A stretch of DNA of 64,000 nt from Malacoraja senta (GCA_038087875.1 JAXLNO010005103.1:186001-250000), one strand, 5' to 3'; shown: positions 25,620 through 39,449, numbered from the stretch's first letter. The notes: a model not told the origin generated them from the sequence alone. Translations and numbers: made by a program.

Positions 25620-25925
25620 TTGGTGGCAGCTACTGTGTGCAGCGGTAGAGTTGCTGCCTTACAGTGCTTGCAGCACCGGAGACCCAGGTTCGATCCCGAC
25701 TACTGATGCTGTCTGTACAGAGTTTGTACGTTCTCCCCGTGACCGCGTGTGTTTTCTCCAAGATCTAAGGTTTCCTCCCCACTCCAAAGACGTACAGGTA
25801 TGTAGGTTAATTGGCTTGGTGTGCGTGTATAGGATAGTGTTAATGTGCGGGGATCGCTGGTCAGCGCAGACTCGGTGGGCCTAAGGACCTGTTTCGTCAC
25901 TGTATCTCTAAATTAAACTAAACAA
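25620..25925 (+). mobile_element. V-SINE, full length (neighbours at about 25330-25500 minus and 26000-26310 plus)
   Basis: Complete head, V-domain and ctaaa tail. Confidence 0.88.
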
Positions 25926-26564
25926 AACTAGTAAATGTTAAACTGCAACCAATCTGCCTCATAGCTGACTTGGATCCTGAACAGTGCGAGCCCCCAACAG
26001 AGCAGCACAGTGTCACAACTCGTAGAGCTGCTGCCTCACAGCGACACAGACCCGGGTTCAATTTTGACCTTGAGTGCCATCTATGTGGAGTTTGCACGTT
26101 CTCCGTGTAACCGAATTGGATCCCTCCAGGGGCTCCGGTTTCCTCACACATGCTAAGATGTGTCAGTTTATAGTTTAATTGGCCACTGTAAATTGCCCCT
26201 AGTGGGTGGGTGACTGGATGAGAAGGTTCAATGAGATAGAATTCATGAGAACAGGTGGTTGGTGGTTGGCATGGACACAGTGGGCCGAAAGGACTGCCCC
26301 CATGCTGTACCTTTTAATGACTCATTGATATTTCTAGGATTTGGGGCAGTGAATCCATAATGTATAACATGTTTTTACACTGAATTCACAATTTTTAAAT
26401 ATCTGATTATCAGAAACATTTAACAACAGCACAAAGGCTAGTTGACAGTGGTGACTGTCGAGGCATTTCAGGTGTAGCTGCTGCCTTATCCTACTTGAGA
26501 TCGATCATTTCTTCAAGCCCAATACCATTACTAGCAACAGTGCATCACAATTTTTCCATCTTAC

Positions 26565-26672
26565 CTCTCCTCTTTTTTCTCCACCAAACAATTACTGCCA
26601 AGACAATAGCCATCAATATCAGCACACACACGGCAATAAGGCCTATGTGCCTGTCTTTCTTCCTATTTCCTT
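26565..26672 (-). CDS. Connecting peptide/transmembrane exon of the class I-like gene
   Basis: Not in ORF track; acceptor cttatttttcag, donor G|gtaaga, 108 nt phase 1-1; EGNRKKDRHIGLIAVCVLILMAIVLAVIVWWRKKRR (hydrophobic span followed by a basic stop-transfer). Confidence 0.92.
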
Positions 26673-28289
26673 CTGAAAAATAAGAATGCATAATTTTACA
26701 AATCAATTGTTAAGCTGTGCAGCTAAATAGATGGGCACTGTCTGAAGACTTCAGAGTGAAGAAGGGTCTCGACCCGAAATGCCACCTATTCCTTTTCTCC
26801 AGAGATGTTACCTGACCGCTGAGTTACTCCAGCATTTTGTGTCTATCTTTGGGGCTTTTCAAGGTATATAAGATGATATGGTGTTTTGAATCACGGAGTT
26901 CTGCAACATGGCAAAGGGACAATATATGTTCTGTACAACTCTATGATCTATGGCACCATCACAGCCACAACTTAATTCAAGAAAGAAGGTGAATTAAAAG
27001 CAGAAAGCTTTAACCCTATATAAACTAACATTTGTTTTGGGGAAAATGCTGGATTCCTTTCAATAATGGCAGAACATTTAAGTAATAACAAAACAATAAA
27101 GTGCATTATCAGGGCATTAACAGGAAAATTGTAGAAAGAAAGAGATGCAGATACTGATTTACACAAAAGCTTTAGTTGAGTTTATTGTCACATGTATTGA
27201 GGTACAGTGAAAAGCTTTTGTTACGTGCTAATCAGTCAGTGGAAAGAATATACATAATAGACACAAAATGCTGGAGTAACTCAGCGGAACAGGCAGCATC
27301 TCAGGCGAACATGGATTCATCACCTATTCCTTTTCTCCAGAGATGCTGGCTGACCAGCTGAGTTATTCCAGCAATTTGTGTCCATCTTCGGTGTAAACCA
27401 GCATTTGCAGTTTCTTCTTACACATGGACAGGTGACGTTTCGTTTTGGGACCCTTCTTCAAACTTTGTTTGAGAAATTGATTAGAATTCTTTGAAAATGC
27501 AACAGGAACCCGTAGACAATGTATATTCGAGCAGCAGGTGTGCACAGTCTAAAATTCAAAAACAAAATGATGGAAAAGCAGAATAGGTAACAAAATTGGA
27601 ATGAGAAACAAAAGAAATACAATATATTGTAGAGATCCAAGCGTCGTGAACAAATCAATGTTTTTTAAAGAAATACAGTTTTGGCCCACTCGCGTTTAGT
27701 AAGGACTTGAGCAAAGTTCCTGCCGTTGTAATCGGGCACACCAGTTGACTGGCGACTGATTCATCACCAACTCCCACCAAAACCCTGTCATGTGATAGTC
27801 CCAGCTCCCCTGACGAGGGTTCTAGCAATAAGTGGCCTGACCACCAGATGTTGCACAATATCTGGATTTTCATAAGATATCAATCTAGTGATGCAAAGGC
27901 TTATGACATTGGGGGTAATAATTAGCATGAATGGAAAAAAACAATTTAGAGCAAGCAGAGAGTTGTCTTAAAGGAGTGTTCAGGTTGGGAAACTGCAACT
28001 GCAGGTTGGGAATTAATGCAAGAAAGTGAACTACTTATCGTTGGTATTAAGAGCAGATGAAGGGACTGATGGCGCTGTAGCCTAGATTGCTGATGATACA
28101 TAGATAGGTTGGAAATTAAGTTCTGGAGTATGTCAACAGTCTTCAGAGTGAAACATCAGATTCCTTAGTTGTGCATTGTTCGAGGGAATCGTCAAAAGTG
28201 AGCATTTGTGTAGGTTAGTGCAGCATACCTGGAATCAAACTACTACGATCGCTGTTTGTCAGGCAGTTATATTTGTTCTTGCTGAAGCT

Positions 28290-29040
28290 GTAACTTGCGT
28301 CAGGGAACTTACTTCATTAGGTTTTGTTTTATTAATGCCAGATGTTTCAAAATACAGAGCAAAGGTTTGTTTTGTATGCTATCCAAACAAATTATAAGAC
28401 TATACATAAATACAAACTCAAAAACAACAGATAGAGCAAAGAGGAGGATACAGAGTACAGAATATCGTTCTCAGCATTGTAACGCATCAGTTCCATAGAC
28501 AATGTGCAATGAGGTTGAGGTGAATCGGGCATTGAACCTACATTATGGAAGGACCCTTCCGAAGCCTGTTAACAGATGGAAAGGGGGTGTTCCTGAGTCT
28601 GGCAGTGTATACTTTCAACTTTCTGTACCTATTGCCTGATGGGAGCAGGAAGGAGGAATGACCGGGGTGGGATAAGTCTCGTTTTCCAAGGCAACCTGGT
28701 GTAGACTGAATCAATAGTGGGAAGTCTGGGCTGTGTGATGATCTTTAACTCTTTGTATGTTCTTGCAGTCTTGGGCAGTGAAGTTCCCAAATCAAGATGT
28801 GATGCAACCCAACAACATGCTTTCTCTAACAGCATCTATAGATGTTTGCTAGAGTCACCAGAGACATGATGAATATTCTCAGTCTCCGGAGGAAGTAGAG
28901 GTGTCGGTGTGCCTCCTTGGCTATGTGGCCAGTCCATGACCGAATATCGGATAAATTCATGCCAAGGAACATGAAGCTCTCAATCATTTCCGCTTCGGAC
29001 CATTGATTCGGATTGGGGCATGTACTCCCCCAGTGCCTTG
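28290..29040 (-). mobile_element. Rex1/Babar-like LINE 3' remnant
   Basis: Degenerate LPTIDSVYT...PSGNR segment and Rex-type AT-rich 3' tail. Confidence 0.6.
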
Positions 29041-29350
29041 CTGTTAATCACATCATGAGGAAAGATTCATTTTTTATTTAAACATACCTTTCATGGATTT
29101 CAGTTCCACAACTGAGAATCTCAAATACTCCTTCCTTGTATATTAGTTATTTATTTACTTTTGATAAATTTTCTGTTGACAAAGTCTTCTGCTCATGTGG
29201 AGAGTGGGTGCTGATTACGTGATTGATTAGAGCAACACCACTAAACAAAGAAAGTTTAAGCATCTTGGAATATGGGATGTAGTCACAATGATTAAAATGG
29301 AAACAACAGAAGATAATGATTATCTATGAAAGAATATTTAATGTTCTTAC

Positions 29351-29617
29351 CCCAGATGATGGTCTTCCCACCGGGCAGGCTGCTGTGATCGACATGCCAG
29401 GAATACTGTTTCCCATCATATGGATCATACTCAAGGACAGACTTTAGATGATATGTTCCATCGTTGTTGGGTATGACCCCAGAAGATTTGGTCTCAGAGA
29501 CATGTTGACCATTCTGCAACCAGCTGACATTGATGGCCGGTGGGTAAAATCCAAACACAGTGCAGTACAGGACTGAATGGTCATCAGGGCGGGCAGCGAG
29601 AGTGACCTCAGGGGAAA
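29351..29617 (-). CDS. MHC class I-like alpha3 (Ig C1) exon with F-strand Cys replaced by Trp
   Basis: Acceptor tactgtcttgtag, donor G|gtaaga, 267 nt; LYCTVFGFYPPAINVSW...PNNDGTYH...QYSWHVDHSSL...IIW. Confidence 0.95.
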
Positions 29618-30102
29618 CTACAAGACAGTAAGATGGTTATTTTCATCTTCAGTAAAACGTGCACAGTCACCCACCACAAAATATACTTCAGTCTACTACA
29701 ACAACCAAGTTACTGTCCACATCTGCCCCATTTTGCCTCTTTCGTCCCATCAACCAACCACGTGGTTTAAAAGGGATCGTACGCTCCCTGTTAAGACAGT
29801 ACACAACAAAGTTTGAAAGTACGTACCATTAAATTCAGGAGCAGTTTCTTCCCCACTGTTATTGGACTACTGAATGATTCTCATGTAAGATAAGATGTTG
29901 TCCTGATCTTCCAACCAATCTCATTGTGAACCTTGCAACTCTTTTTGATCTGCACTTTCTCTGTAACTGTAATGCTATGATATTGTAACCCGATATTCTG
30001 CACTCTGAGTAGTTTTCTCTTTGCGCTGTTCTACTTGTGGATGGCTTGATTGCACATGTGTAGTATGATCTGATTGGATAACACACAAACTTTTGACTAT
30101 AT

Positions 30103-30389
30103 TGTGGCGGCAGCCTATACACGGGCCACTTATGCTCGAACCCTCGTTAGGAAGTACGAGGGCGGGCACGTGGCGTCATGGGCTAGAGGGAGTGTCCTGG
30201 TACTTAATGTCATCTCACCTCGAGACCTTGAGGAGTTCAACCCGTAGCTGAGCCCGAGGGAACAACCTCGCTCAGCTACAGCAACACTGTTATGATAGTC
30301 GGCACCCACCTAACGTGTCAGCACTGAATAAACGATTATTTGAACCGGCCTGACGTCTCACCTTTATTCACCACGTTTGGTGCCGCTAC
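30103..30389. mobile_element. Solo LTR (Gypsy-like), 287 bp
   Basis: TGT...ACA termini with short inverted ends (tgtggcggc / gccgctaca), 4-bp TSD ATAT, internal AATAAA. Confidence 0.85.
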
Positions 30390-31169
30390 AATATCTCAGT
30401 TCACGTGACAATAATAAACTAATACCAACGGCAAATCTTTTCGCTAGGGCACATTATTGACAATAATAAATAATTGACAAGTTACGAAATGAGGGCCAAT
30501 TGGGGAGGGGCAAGCTTAAAATTGGCAGTATTTTCACTCCTCTTCAATAAGAGATAAAAGAGACCAGTCATTTGTTTACAAAATCTCTTTTTGCAGAGTG
30601 TGGTCATTCTCTGGCGCCAGAGATTTGTGAAGACAAAATCATTGGAAGTATTTAATGTGGCGGTAGTTAAACTTTTGAAAGATTTGAGAATTGAGTGCAA
30701 TGAGGAACTGGCACCGAACAGGAGTTGATGCCTGAGGAACGTCAGCCATGGTCATATTGAATGGTGGGCAGGTTAGAGGACCAAATGGCTTACTCGGAAA
30801 CTTGATAACTGAGGAGAAAATCAGGCTTCTGAATGATCGTTCCATAAGCTAGGGTACTGTCCAATTGACCACTACCCCATTACAGACAGTGGACTTTGTT
30901 TATGGAACTATACAGGAAGGAACTGTAGATGCTGGTTTAAACCGCAGATAGACACAAAATGCTAGAGTAACTCAACGGGTCAGGCAGCATCTCTGGAGAG
31001 AAGGAATGTGTCACGTTTTGTGTCGAAACCCTTATCTAATGGAACTGGTGTACTACATTGCTGAGAACTATATGCCACACTCTGTACCTTCCCCTTTGCT
31101 CTACCTTCAGTACTTGAGTTGACTTGATCATATATATGTATGTTGTTATCTCATCCAATTGGATAGCAT

Positions 31170-31452
31170 GCAACTACCTGGAAAGTTGCTGCCTTACAGT
31201 ACCACAGACCAAAGTTCAATCCTGACAATGGGTGCTGTCTATATAGAGTTCATATATTCTCTCTGTGACCATGTGAGTTATCTCCGGGTGCTACAGTTCC
31301 GTCACATTCAAAGACGTGCAGGTTTGTAAGTTTTTTGGCTTCTGTAAATTGTCCCTAGTGTGTAGGATAGAACTAATATTTGGGTGGTCGTTAGTCAGCA
31401 CAGGTTCAGTGGGCCAAAAGGCCTATTTCAATGCTGTACCTCGAAACTAAAC
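31170..31452 (+). mobile_element. V-SINE
   Basis: Head, V-domain, tail. Confidence 0.78.
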
Positions 31453-32399
31453 GTGACAATAATAATCCAAAATTTATCCCTGTGCCTATCTGTAGATTAG
31501 TGTCACTCATACTGTGGCTCCGCCCACAGGCTTATTGGACAGCTCTCTCTCTGGTAGACTGGTAGTAAGCATGCTGAGAAGAAAGCACCTTGTGTTTCCT
31601 CTGCAAAGTTACTAATAACCACTATGTGTGAGTTTGATCATTCTTCCAACACTATCTCTTGTGTTGTTACGTCTCTGGAACTAAGTGGTAGCTGCGCTTA
31701 ACTTTGTTGTAGCATAACTGTTTATGCTGAACAATTCATGAAAAAAGTCTAAAAAGGATTAAAAAAACAAGTGATTCCAGCATGTTGAAAGATAATTGGG
31801 ACTGATGCGTAATGGGTGGCACTGCGGCACAGTTCCAGTGACGAGGGTTCGATCACAATCTTGAAACAGAAAAACTTAAACTGAGGCAGGCGCCTCAACT
31901 TCATCAATCCAGTGCTGTTATGACACTGAGCCTTAACATGAGAAAATTAGAAATTGGGTATTTCCTTAGGGCAAAATCAGACTTCTCAGAGACTTGAAAG
32001 CTGCAAGATAGTACTGGAATGTGGTGGATCTCTGCGTGCTGTTCCAGAAGAGGACGAATTGTACTTATGTACAGTATGACTTGACTGGGGAGAATGCAGA
32101 ACAACCATTTCACTGCAGATAGACACAAAAAGCTGGAGTAACTCAGCGGGACAGGCAGCATCTCTGGAGAGAAGGGACGGGGTGTCCAGCATCTGCTGTT
32201 CCATCCAAACCATTTCACTGCATCTCTGCATGCATGAAACTAAACAGAGTTATATAAAATGCAGACATACTGCAGTACTCAAGTAGGTCAGGCTGTCATG
32301 ATTTTGCTGGTGGATAACTTTACTGTAATTTAAAAACACACAAAAACGTGCAGGTGTAACTCAGTGGTTCAGGCAGCATCTGGAAGACATGGTTATGTA

Positions 32400-33070
32400 A
32401 TCTTTCAGCTTGGGATCCTGCTTCATACTTCTTGCATCTGTTCTTTCTGTCTTCAACTTAACAGTTGAAAGGACCAGTTCTTTTATCGACAGGGAATGCA
32501 ACTTGTTGAATGTGGAATTGAGTTTGAAAGGCTGCAACATGTCCAGACAGAAGCTGAGTTGTTGGTCCTCATGGACACTTTCACCCTTGTTAGCCTAGTG
32601 TAAGAGAAACAGATGGATGGATCATGGTGGGTGTTGAATGGAGAATTAGAGTGGCAGGAATTAGGAATCTTAGAAAGTCCCATGGATTGAATGCAGGTTC
32701 TCCAGAAAGCAGCCTTCTATTTGTTTCATTGATGCAATGTGGAAGATTACATCATGAAAACTAAATGCAGTAGATTTGACTGGAAGTCCAAGTGTTTCAC
32801 GCTGTTTCACTTTGAAGAACTGCCTGGGTCTATGGAAAGTGGTAAATGGATAGATGTTGCTTGCACCAAGACAGGAAAGTAGAGGAAAGTTGTGGGGATA
32901 GTAGACAGACCAGGGAGCGAAAAAGGGAATGACTACTTCAAGATATAGAATGGGGAGCAGGGCAGGAGGGGAGGGAGAAATGGATTGACTAATTGAATCA
33001 GATTTAAACTGGGAGTAAGTATTCAACATGGAGGCTGGAGGAGTGGAAAACATATCCCTGCCCTGTCCAA
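32400..33070 (-). mobile_element. Old Penelope-like fragment
   Basis: Degenerate FKVKQR...GCFLENL GIY-YIG region similar to the two younger copies. Confidence 0.6.
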
Positions 33071-33142
33071 TGAGAATATATAGAACATAGAACAGTACAA
33101 GAACAGGACTTTCAGCCTGCAATGTCCATGTGGAACAGGATA

Positions 33143-33450
33143 CCAAGTTAAACTGATGCAACACAGAGGCACAGTGATAGAGTGGCTGTCTTACAGCATT
33201 AGAGACCCGGGTTCGATCCTGACTAGAGTGCTGTCTGGACGGAGTTTGTACGTTCTCTCTGTCACCCTGTGGGTTTTCTCTGGGGGCTCCGGTTTCCTCC
33301 CAAATACAAAAGACATGCAGGTTAATTGGCTTCTGTAAATTGTCCCTTGCGTGTAGGACAGAAATAGTGAATGGGCAATTGCTGGTCAGTGTGGACTCAG
33401 TGGCCCAAAGGTGCTGTTTCCATACTCTATCTCTAAACTAAACCAAAACT
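33143..33450 (+). mobile_element. V-SINE
   Basis: Head, V-domain, ctctaaactaaa tail. Confidence 0.85.
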
Positions 33451-33689
33451 AATCTCCACTGCCTGCATGTGATCCATATCCTTGTATTCCCTGCATACCC
33501 ACGAGCCTGTCCAAAACTTTCTTAAGCACCATTATCATGTCCTCCTCTACCACCACTCCTGGTAGCGCATTCTAGGTATCAAGCTGTCTCTGTGCAAAAA
33601 AACACTTGACCTGCACATCTCGTGTAAATTTTGCCCTTCGAAGCTTAACGCTGTGCTCTTTTGAGATGTGTGATAGACATGCAATCCCA

Positions 33690-35950
33690 TTAGGGGCTGT
33701 CAACTGTGGTCAAGAAAATCCATGGTTAACTAATATGAAAGACATCAATTGAATCATACAAAATAGTGAAAGACTGTTTGCCTTTTGATATTGGTTCAAT
33801 TATATTTGCTCCCACAAAATTGCATTAAAAAACCTATAGTGAAAATTCTATAATATATAGTGGTATATGAATTTGGAAACAATTAAAAAGGACTTTAAAA
33901 TTGGATAATTTATCACTCTGTCTCCCCATTATAAACAACCCTTTATTCAAACCTTCCATGTTGGATAAAGGCTTTACACAATGGAAAAATTATGGAATTA
34001 AAAAGATGGGACATCTTTCTAGGAAATGCACTTTTCTTTCATTTCAGGAGTTACAACAGATTTACGGACCACACTCAAATAACTTTTTCAGATATTTACA
34101 ACTTAAAGATTACATTAAATCAAATACACAAGATTACAGAACTAGGGAACCAGAAATCCTTGATGAATGTTTGAATAAACATCCTAATACAGAAAAATTA
34201 ATATCTCATATTTATAATACCCTCTTAGATAGTGAGGTCCCGCTGACGGATTTATATGGGAAAATGAATTAGGCCAACCCATAACGAAAGATATTTGGGA
34301 CTAAAGTCTACAATATATACATCAATGCTCGTTAAATGCCAGACATGCCTTAATACAATTTAAAGTATTACATAGATGACATTATTCTTAAACAAAATTA
34401 AATAGAATCTTCCCACATATCTCTCCTATTTGTGATAAATGCCAGCATTTAGAGGTTAACTTAACATACCTTTGTAAATTGTATAAAAATCAAAAATTTC
34501 TGGAAGGACATTTTCAGAATAATTTATGAAGTAGTCAATAATAATAATAATAATAATTATAAATTTTATTTATGGGCACCTTTCAAGAGTCTCAAGGACA
34601 CCTTACAGTATTTAACAAGTAAAAAAACATATAATCGGAGTAAAATAAATAGTAAAGACATCACCAATAGACAAATTAAAGACAGAATTCGATCCAAAAA
34701 CAAAAAAATCAGAAACACAATGTGACGAGAGAGCAGCGGCAGCTAAACCGCGCCAGCGTACACTCTCCCTTCCAGCAGCCATCTTGGACACAGACTAAAA
34801 TAATCACTAACACACAGAAATCATCCCCCCCACTGGATGGTTACCACTGTGGGGGAAGGCACAATGTCCAGTCCCCATCCCCAGTTCTCCCAAAGTCAGG
34901 CCTATTGAGGCCTCAGCTATTGCCTCTACGGAGGCCCGATGTTCCTGGCCGTTCTCGCCGGGTGCTGTTGCCCCGGCGTCGGGAGAGTCCTCTCAGCGGC
35001 TGGGCCACCTGGAACAGCCGCTTCCCTACCGAAGTCCGCGGCTTCCGAAGCCGACAAGGCCGCGCCAGTTTGGAGCTCCCAGACTCCCGATGTTGATGTC
35101 GGCACCGCCCGCTCCGCTCCGCAGACCCGCAGCCCGGAGGTGTTGACCTCGGCAGTCACAGCTCACCGGAGCTCCAGCGCGTCGATCCAGCGTGGCGACC
35201 CAGGCAAGGCATCGCCCGCTCCAGTGCTATGCCGCCACCGAAGCCGAGGTGCTGGGCGGTCCCCTCCAGGAAAACGGTGCTCCACGCCTGCTGGTAGGCC
35301 ACGAGGACGGGTCGACGGGGCAGCCCGGAGAAAAAGCTGCCTCACCGACCAGGTAGGGACCTAGAAATATAGTTACCCCCTTCCCCCTACATTAAAAAGT
35401 CTATTTCTCCCACAAACAGGACTCACTAGAACTACAAAAAAAAAGTGAATTAAACGGACAGCTGCTGACCTAGCAGCCGTTCCCCAAGATGGCCCCTCCC
35501 CTTCTGGATCCCGACTCAAAACTAATAATATTAGTAATATCAGAACAAAGCCTAAGCCTTATAATAAACCAAAGAAACGTTCTTGATTATAGTATAATAA
35601 TTGGGAAAAATTAATATTAACATTTTGGAAAGGTCCTATAACCCCCACAATTAAAATGTGGATTATGGAAATATCAGAGACCTTACATTTGGAAAGAACT
35701 AGACTTGTCTTAATTGACAAACATGAATTATTTAATAGAATATGGTCTCCATTTATTGATTTTTTGAAAGGGTAAATTGGTTCAGCATGGGAATCTGACT
35801 GAAATCCAAGCTCAGGATTAGATGAATAGTTATGCTTTATAACCTACGGACCTATCTCCAAAGTTGTATTATTGGCAAATTATTCCATTCTTCTTTATCA
35901 TGCCTTTTTTTAAATTTCTCACTTTCTATCTATAAAAAAATAAAAAAATA
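33690..35950 (+). mobile_element. Older truncated L1 ORF2 3' fragment, interrupted by another element
   Basis: DNLSLCLPIINNPLFKPS...NNFFRYLQLKDY homologous to the other L1 C-termini; resumes after about 35500. Confidence 0.8.
34535..35500 (-). mobile_element. GC-rich non-autonomous retroelement with L2-type 3' tail and (ATT)n end
   Basis: Reverse complement ends gtaaggtgtccttgagactcttgaaaggtgcccataaataaa-(tta)n; GC-rich body without convincing protein motifs. Confidence 0.6.
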
Positions 35951-36743
35951 AATAGAAGCAGATTTAATATACAATTGATAAATGAGGACCACTATTATTT
36001 TGATAGCTGGACTCCCACCTATTAGCAAAGTAGGATTGATATATAAGAAATGTTTGTATTATGATATGCACATGCTTCTAATAACAATATATTTTTTTAA
36101 ACAAATAGTGAAAGGCTTGGATAGATGTGGATGTGGAGAGGATGTCTCCAATGGTGGGAGAGTCTACGACGAGAGGTCATAGTCTCAATATTAAAGGACA
36201 TTCCTTTAGGAAAGAGATGAGGAGGAATTTATTTTGTCAGAGGGTGGTGATTCTGTGGAATTATTTGCCACAGAAGGCTGTGGAGTCCGTCAATGGATAC
36301 TTTTAATTCTTGATTAGTATGCACGTCAGGGGTTATGGGGAGAAGGCAGTAGAATGGGGTTAGGAGGGAGAGATAGATCAGCCATGATTGACGGGCGAAG
36401 TCGACTTGATGGGCCGAATGTTCTAATGCTGCAGCCATTACTTATGACCTGATGACTCAGTTGGCTTCCTCCATGTGCTCCAGTTTTGTCCAATATACCA
36501 AAAACATGCCGGTGAGTTAGTTGGACATTGCAAATTATCCGTCGTGGAGCTGAATGCAAGGAGAATCCGAGGGAGCTGAGTGCAAGTTGTGAGAGAGAGC
36601 TGTGGAACAGTTTGTCGACATTGCATAGAAAACTAACATAGAATCAATGGGCCGAATGACCTTTCCCTCTGTCATGATTGGGTCAGAGATAATATTACTC
36701 ATTGCCTACCATCACAAAACAACATCCTTTGTTCTGAACTCAC

Positions 36744-37019
36744 CTTTTCTGGTCAGGTATGTCTTTCCAATTGCATAGTATGTAAGCCATAGATCCACAC
36801 AGTCATGTTCTAACAAGCTCTTGAAATAACGGTTCATTTTTTCATTCTTGTCCCATTTCTCTTTGAAGGGCTCAGCTATTGGATCATGCACCGTCCACTT
36901 TAGCTTGTCCTTATCAAAACTAAATGCATATCTTCCATCAAAAGCCAACTTCAATATCCCTACAGTGGGACTGTGATCGTTCACCTCACAACCAAACTGT
37001 CCTTGAACGTAGTGATAAT
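36744..37019 (-). CDS. MHC class I-like alpha2 exon
   Basis: Acceptor atttttatttcag, donor G|gtgagt, 276 nt; YHYVQGQFGCEV...AFDG...KEKWD...DCVDLWLTYY with the C101-C164 pair. Confidence 0.95.
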
Positions 37020-37169
37020 CTGAAATAAAAATAAAAATCATTATTTGATTAATTGTTATGACTGGGTAATTTCTGGACACCAGGGTCCAAGTCATTTATA
37101 TATGTCACAAGTAGCAAGGGTCACAGCACAGATCCCTGCAGAACTCTACTTGTCACTGAACTACAGCTT

Positions 37170-37630
37170 GAATATTTGGCCTTCCGTACAACTGTAGACA
37201 CCATATTATTGTACGGGTGTGAGGCATGGACTCTCACTCCAGCACTGTCCTAGTCTCTCGATGGTACCTACACCCGAATGCTCGGAAAAGTTCAAAATGT
37301 CAGATGGAGGGACCACATCACCAACGCCCAGCTCTATGGGGAGAATCCACCTCTGACCGAGAAGATCACGTTGAGAAGGATGAGGCTCGCAGGTCACTGG
37401 CTCCGCCACCCAGAAATGCCAGCAAACAAGGTTGTGCTGTGGGAACCCACCCATGGAAGACTTGACCCAGGACGGCCAATCAAGATGATGCTGAAGACGT
37501 TGATGGAAGACGCATGTGTAGAGACAAAAGCTTGCCAGTTGCATGGAGGACAGAGATGTGTGGTGCGTCCGTCACCGTGCCCGTCGGAAACCAGCACGGC
37601 ACTAATGTTTTCAACGATTATTATTATCAT
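37170..37630 (+). mobile_element. RTE-clade LINE 3' fragment
   Basis: ILLYGCEAWTL, RWRDHITNAQLY, RRMRLAGHWLR, GRP; (TTA/TCA)-type tail. Confidence 0.8.
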
Positions 37631-37751
37631 CCACTACACCCCTCTATCCTGGGGATTTATCCACATTTCTCTTCAAGTGATCCAACATCTCCTTCTTGCT
37701 TAACTTCAAAGTGTCCCTGCATGTTAGCATTCTCCACATTGATTCTCCATG

Positions 37752-38550
37752 TGTAAGAAAGAACTGCAGATGCTGCAGATGTTAAAATCGTAGAGAGACA
37801 CAAAATGCTGGCGTAACTCAGCGGGTCAGGGAGCTTCCCTGGAGAGAAGGAATGGGCATCGTTTTGGGTCGAGACCCTTCTTCAGACTGATGTCAGGGGA
37901 GGGACAAAGATAGAATGTGGGCGGAGACAGTAAGACTGGTGGCAGAATTGGGAAGGGGGAGGGGATGGAGAGAGAAATCAAGGGCTATCGAAAGTAATAG
38001 AAGTCAATGTTCATACCGCTGGAGTATAGACTACCCAAGCGAAATATGAGGTGCTGTTCATCCAATTTGGGCTGGGCCTCACTCTGACAATGGAGGAGGC
38101 CCAGGACAGAAAGGTCAGATTGGGAATGGGAGGGGGAGTTGAAGTGCTGAGCCACCGGGAGATCGGGTAGGGTAAGACGGACTGAGGGGAAGTGTTCAAC
38201 AAAACGATCGCCGAGCCTGCGCTTGGTCTCACTGATGTAGAGAAGTTGACAACTGAAACAGCGGATACAGTAGATGAGGTTGGAAGAGGTGCAAGTGAAC
38301 TTCTGCCTCACCTGGAAAGACTTTAGGTCCTTGGACGGAGTCGAGGGGGGGACATAAAGGGACAGGTGTTGCATCTCCTGCAGTTGCAGGAGAAAGTATC
38401 CGGGGAGCGGGTGGTTTGGGTGTGAAGGGACGAGTTGACCAGGGAGTTTCGGAGGGAACGGTCTCTGCGGAAAGCAGAAACGGGTGGAGATGGGAAGATG
38501 TGATCAGTAGTGGGATCCCGTTGGAGGTGGCAAAAATGTTGGAGGATTTT
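37752..38550 (-). mobile_element. Penelope-like element fragment (GIY-YIG endonuclease plus pseudo-LTR)
   Basis: FTCTSSNLIYCIRC...LLYISETKRRLGDRFVEH...VAQHFNS...EQHLIFRLGSL..GMNIDF. Confidence 0.9.
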
Positions 38551-38689
38551 ATGATGTACTTATTATTAATAGTCCTTACTATTCTACATGTCTTCCTTGG
38601 TGAAACCAAACCTCGCCAAACTCCAAGCACATATTCCCTTCTATATCCTTAAGCAATCCACCTTTTGCTGCAATGGTTGCCTCGCCAAA

Positions 38690-39365
38690 AGTCGTCTGTC
38701 CCTTCCTTCTTTGTGTCTGTTTTGTACGTGTTAAATGTATATTCTTTAGTGTTCTTTAGCTTGTTTTGGGGGTGGGGAGGGGGGGGGGTTGGGGGAGTTG
38801 TGGGAAACTTTTCCTAATCTCTTACCTCGACGTAGATGCGATATTTTCTGTATCGTATCTCCGTCCACAATGCGGCCTAACATTGATGAATGGCGGCCTT
38901 TTGCTAGAGATCGACTGGGAGATCCATCGCAGGAGCCTGTGGACTTACCATCATGGAGCTCGCGATCCCTGTCGAGGATCGACTTTAGGGCTCCAACTGT
39001 GAGAGCCTGCAAGACTTTAACATCGCGGAGCCTGTGGTCTACGGTCGAGACCGACATCCGGGATCTCCAAGCCGCAGGAGTTTCGACCGCTCCGACGTGG
39101 GAGTTTCGATTCCCCAACGGGGGGTTTTGACCACCGACTGCAGATTGTTTGACTGCCCCGACCGCGGGAGATAAAGAGGAAGGAGATTAGACTTTATTGC
39201 CTTCTATCACAGTGAGGAACGTGCGGTCTCCTCTGTTGTGGATGTTTATGTTAACTTTTATGTTATTGTGTGTCTTGTTGCTTTTTTTTAGTATGGTGTA
39301 TGGTAGTCTGCATTTCAATGTACCTTAATTGGTATATGTGACAATAAACTAACCATGAAACCTTG
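38690..39365 (+). mobile_element. GC-rich non-autonomous retroelement with Rex-type tail
   Basis: Body shares motifs with 41875-42362 (ggacttaccatc..gagct, tgccttc.acagtga.gaa); ends tgtgacaataaac. Confidence 0.55.
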
Positions 39366-39449
39366 AAAAAGATGTGGGATTTTCTGTAATCCGACTCACT
39401 AAAGCCACTTTGTGGCCTTTATTAACCCCTTTAGTTTTAAGCTTTAGAG

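Noticed and set aside
34939-35364. Overlapping long GC-rich ORFs
   Set aside because: Low-complexity reading frames on both strands inside a non-autonomous repeat; expected by chance at this GC content
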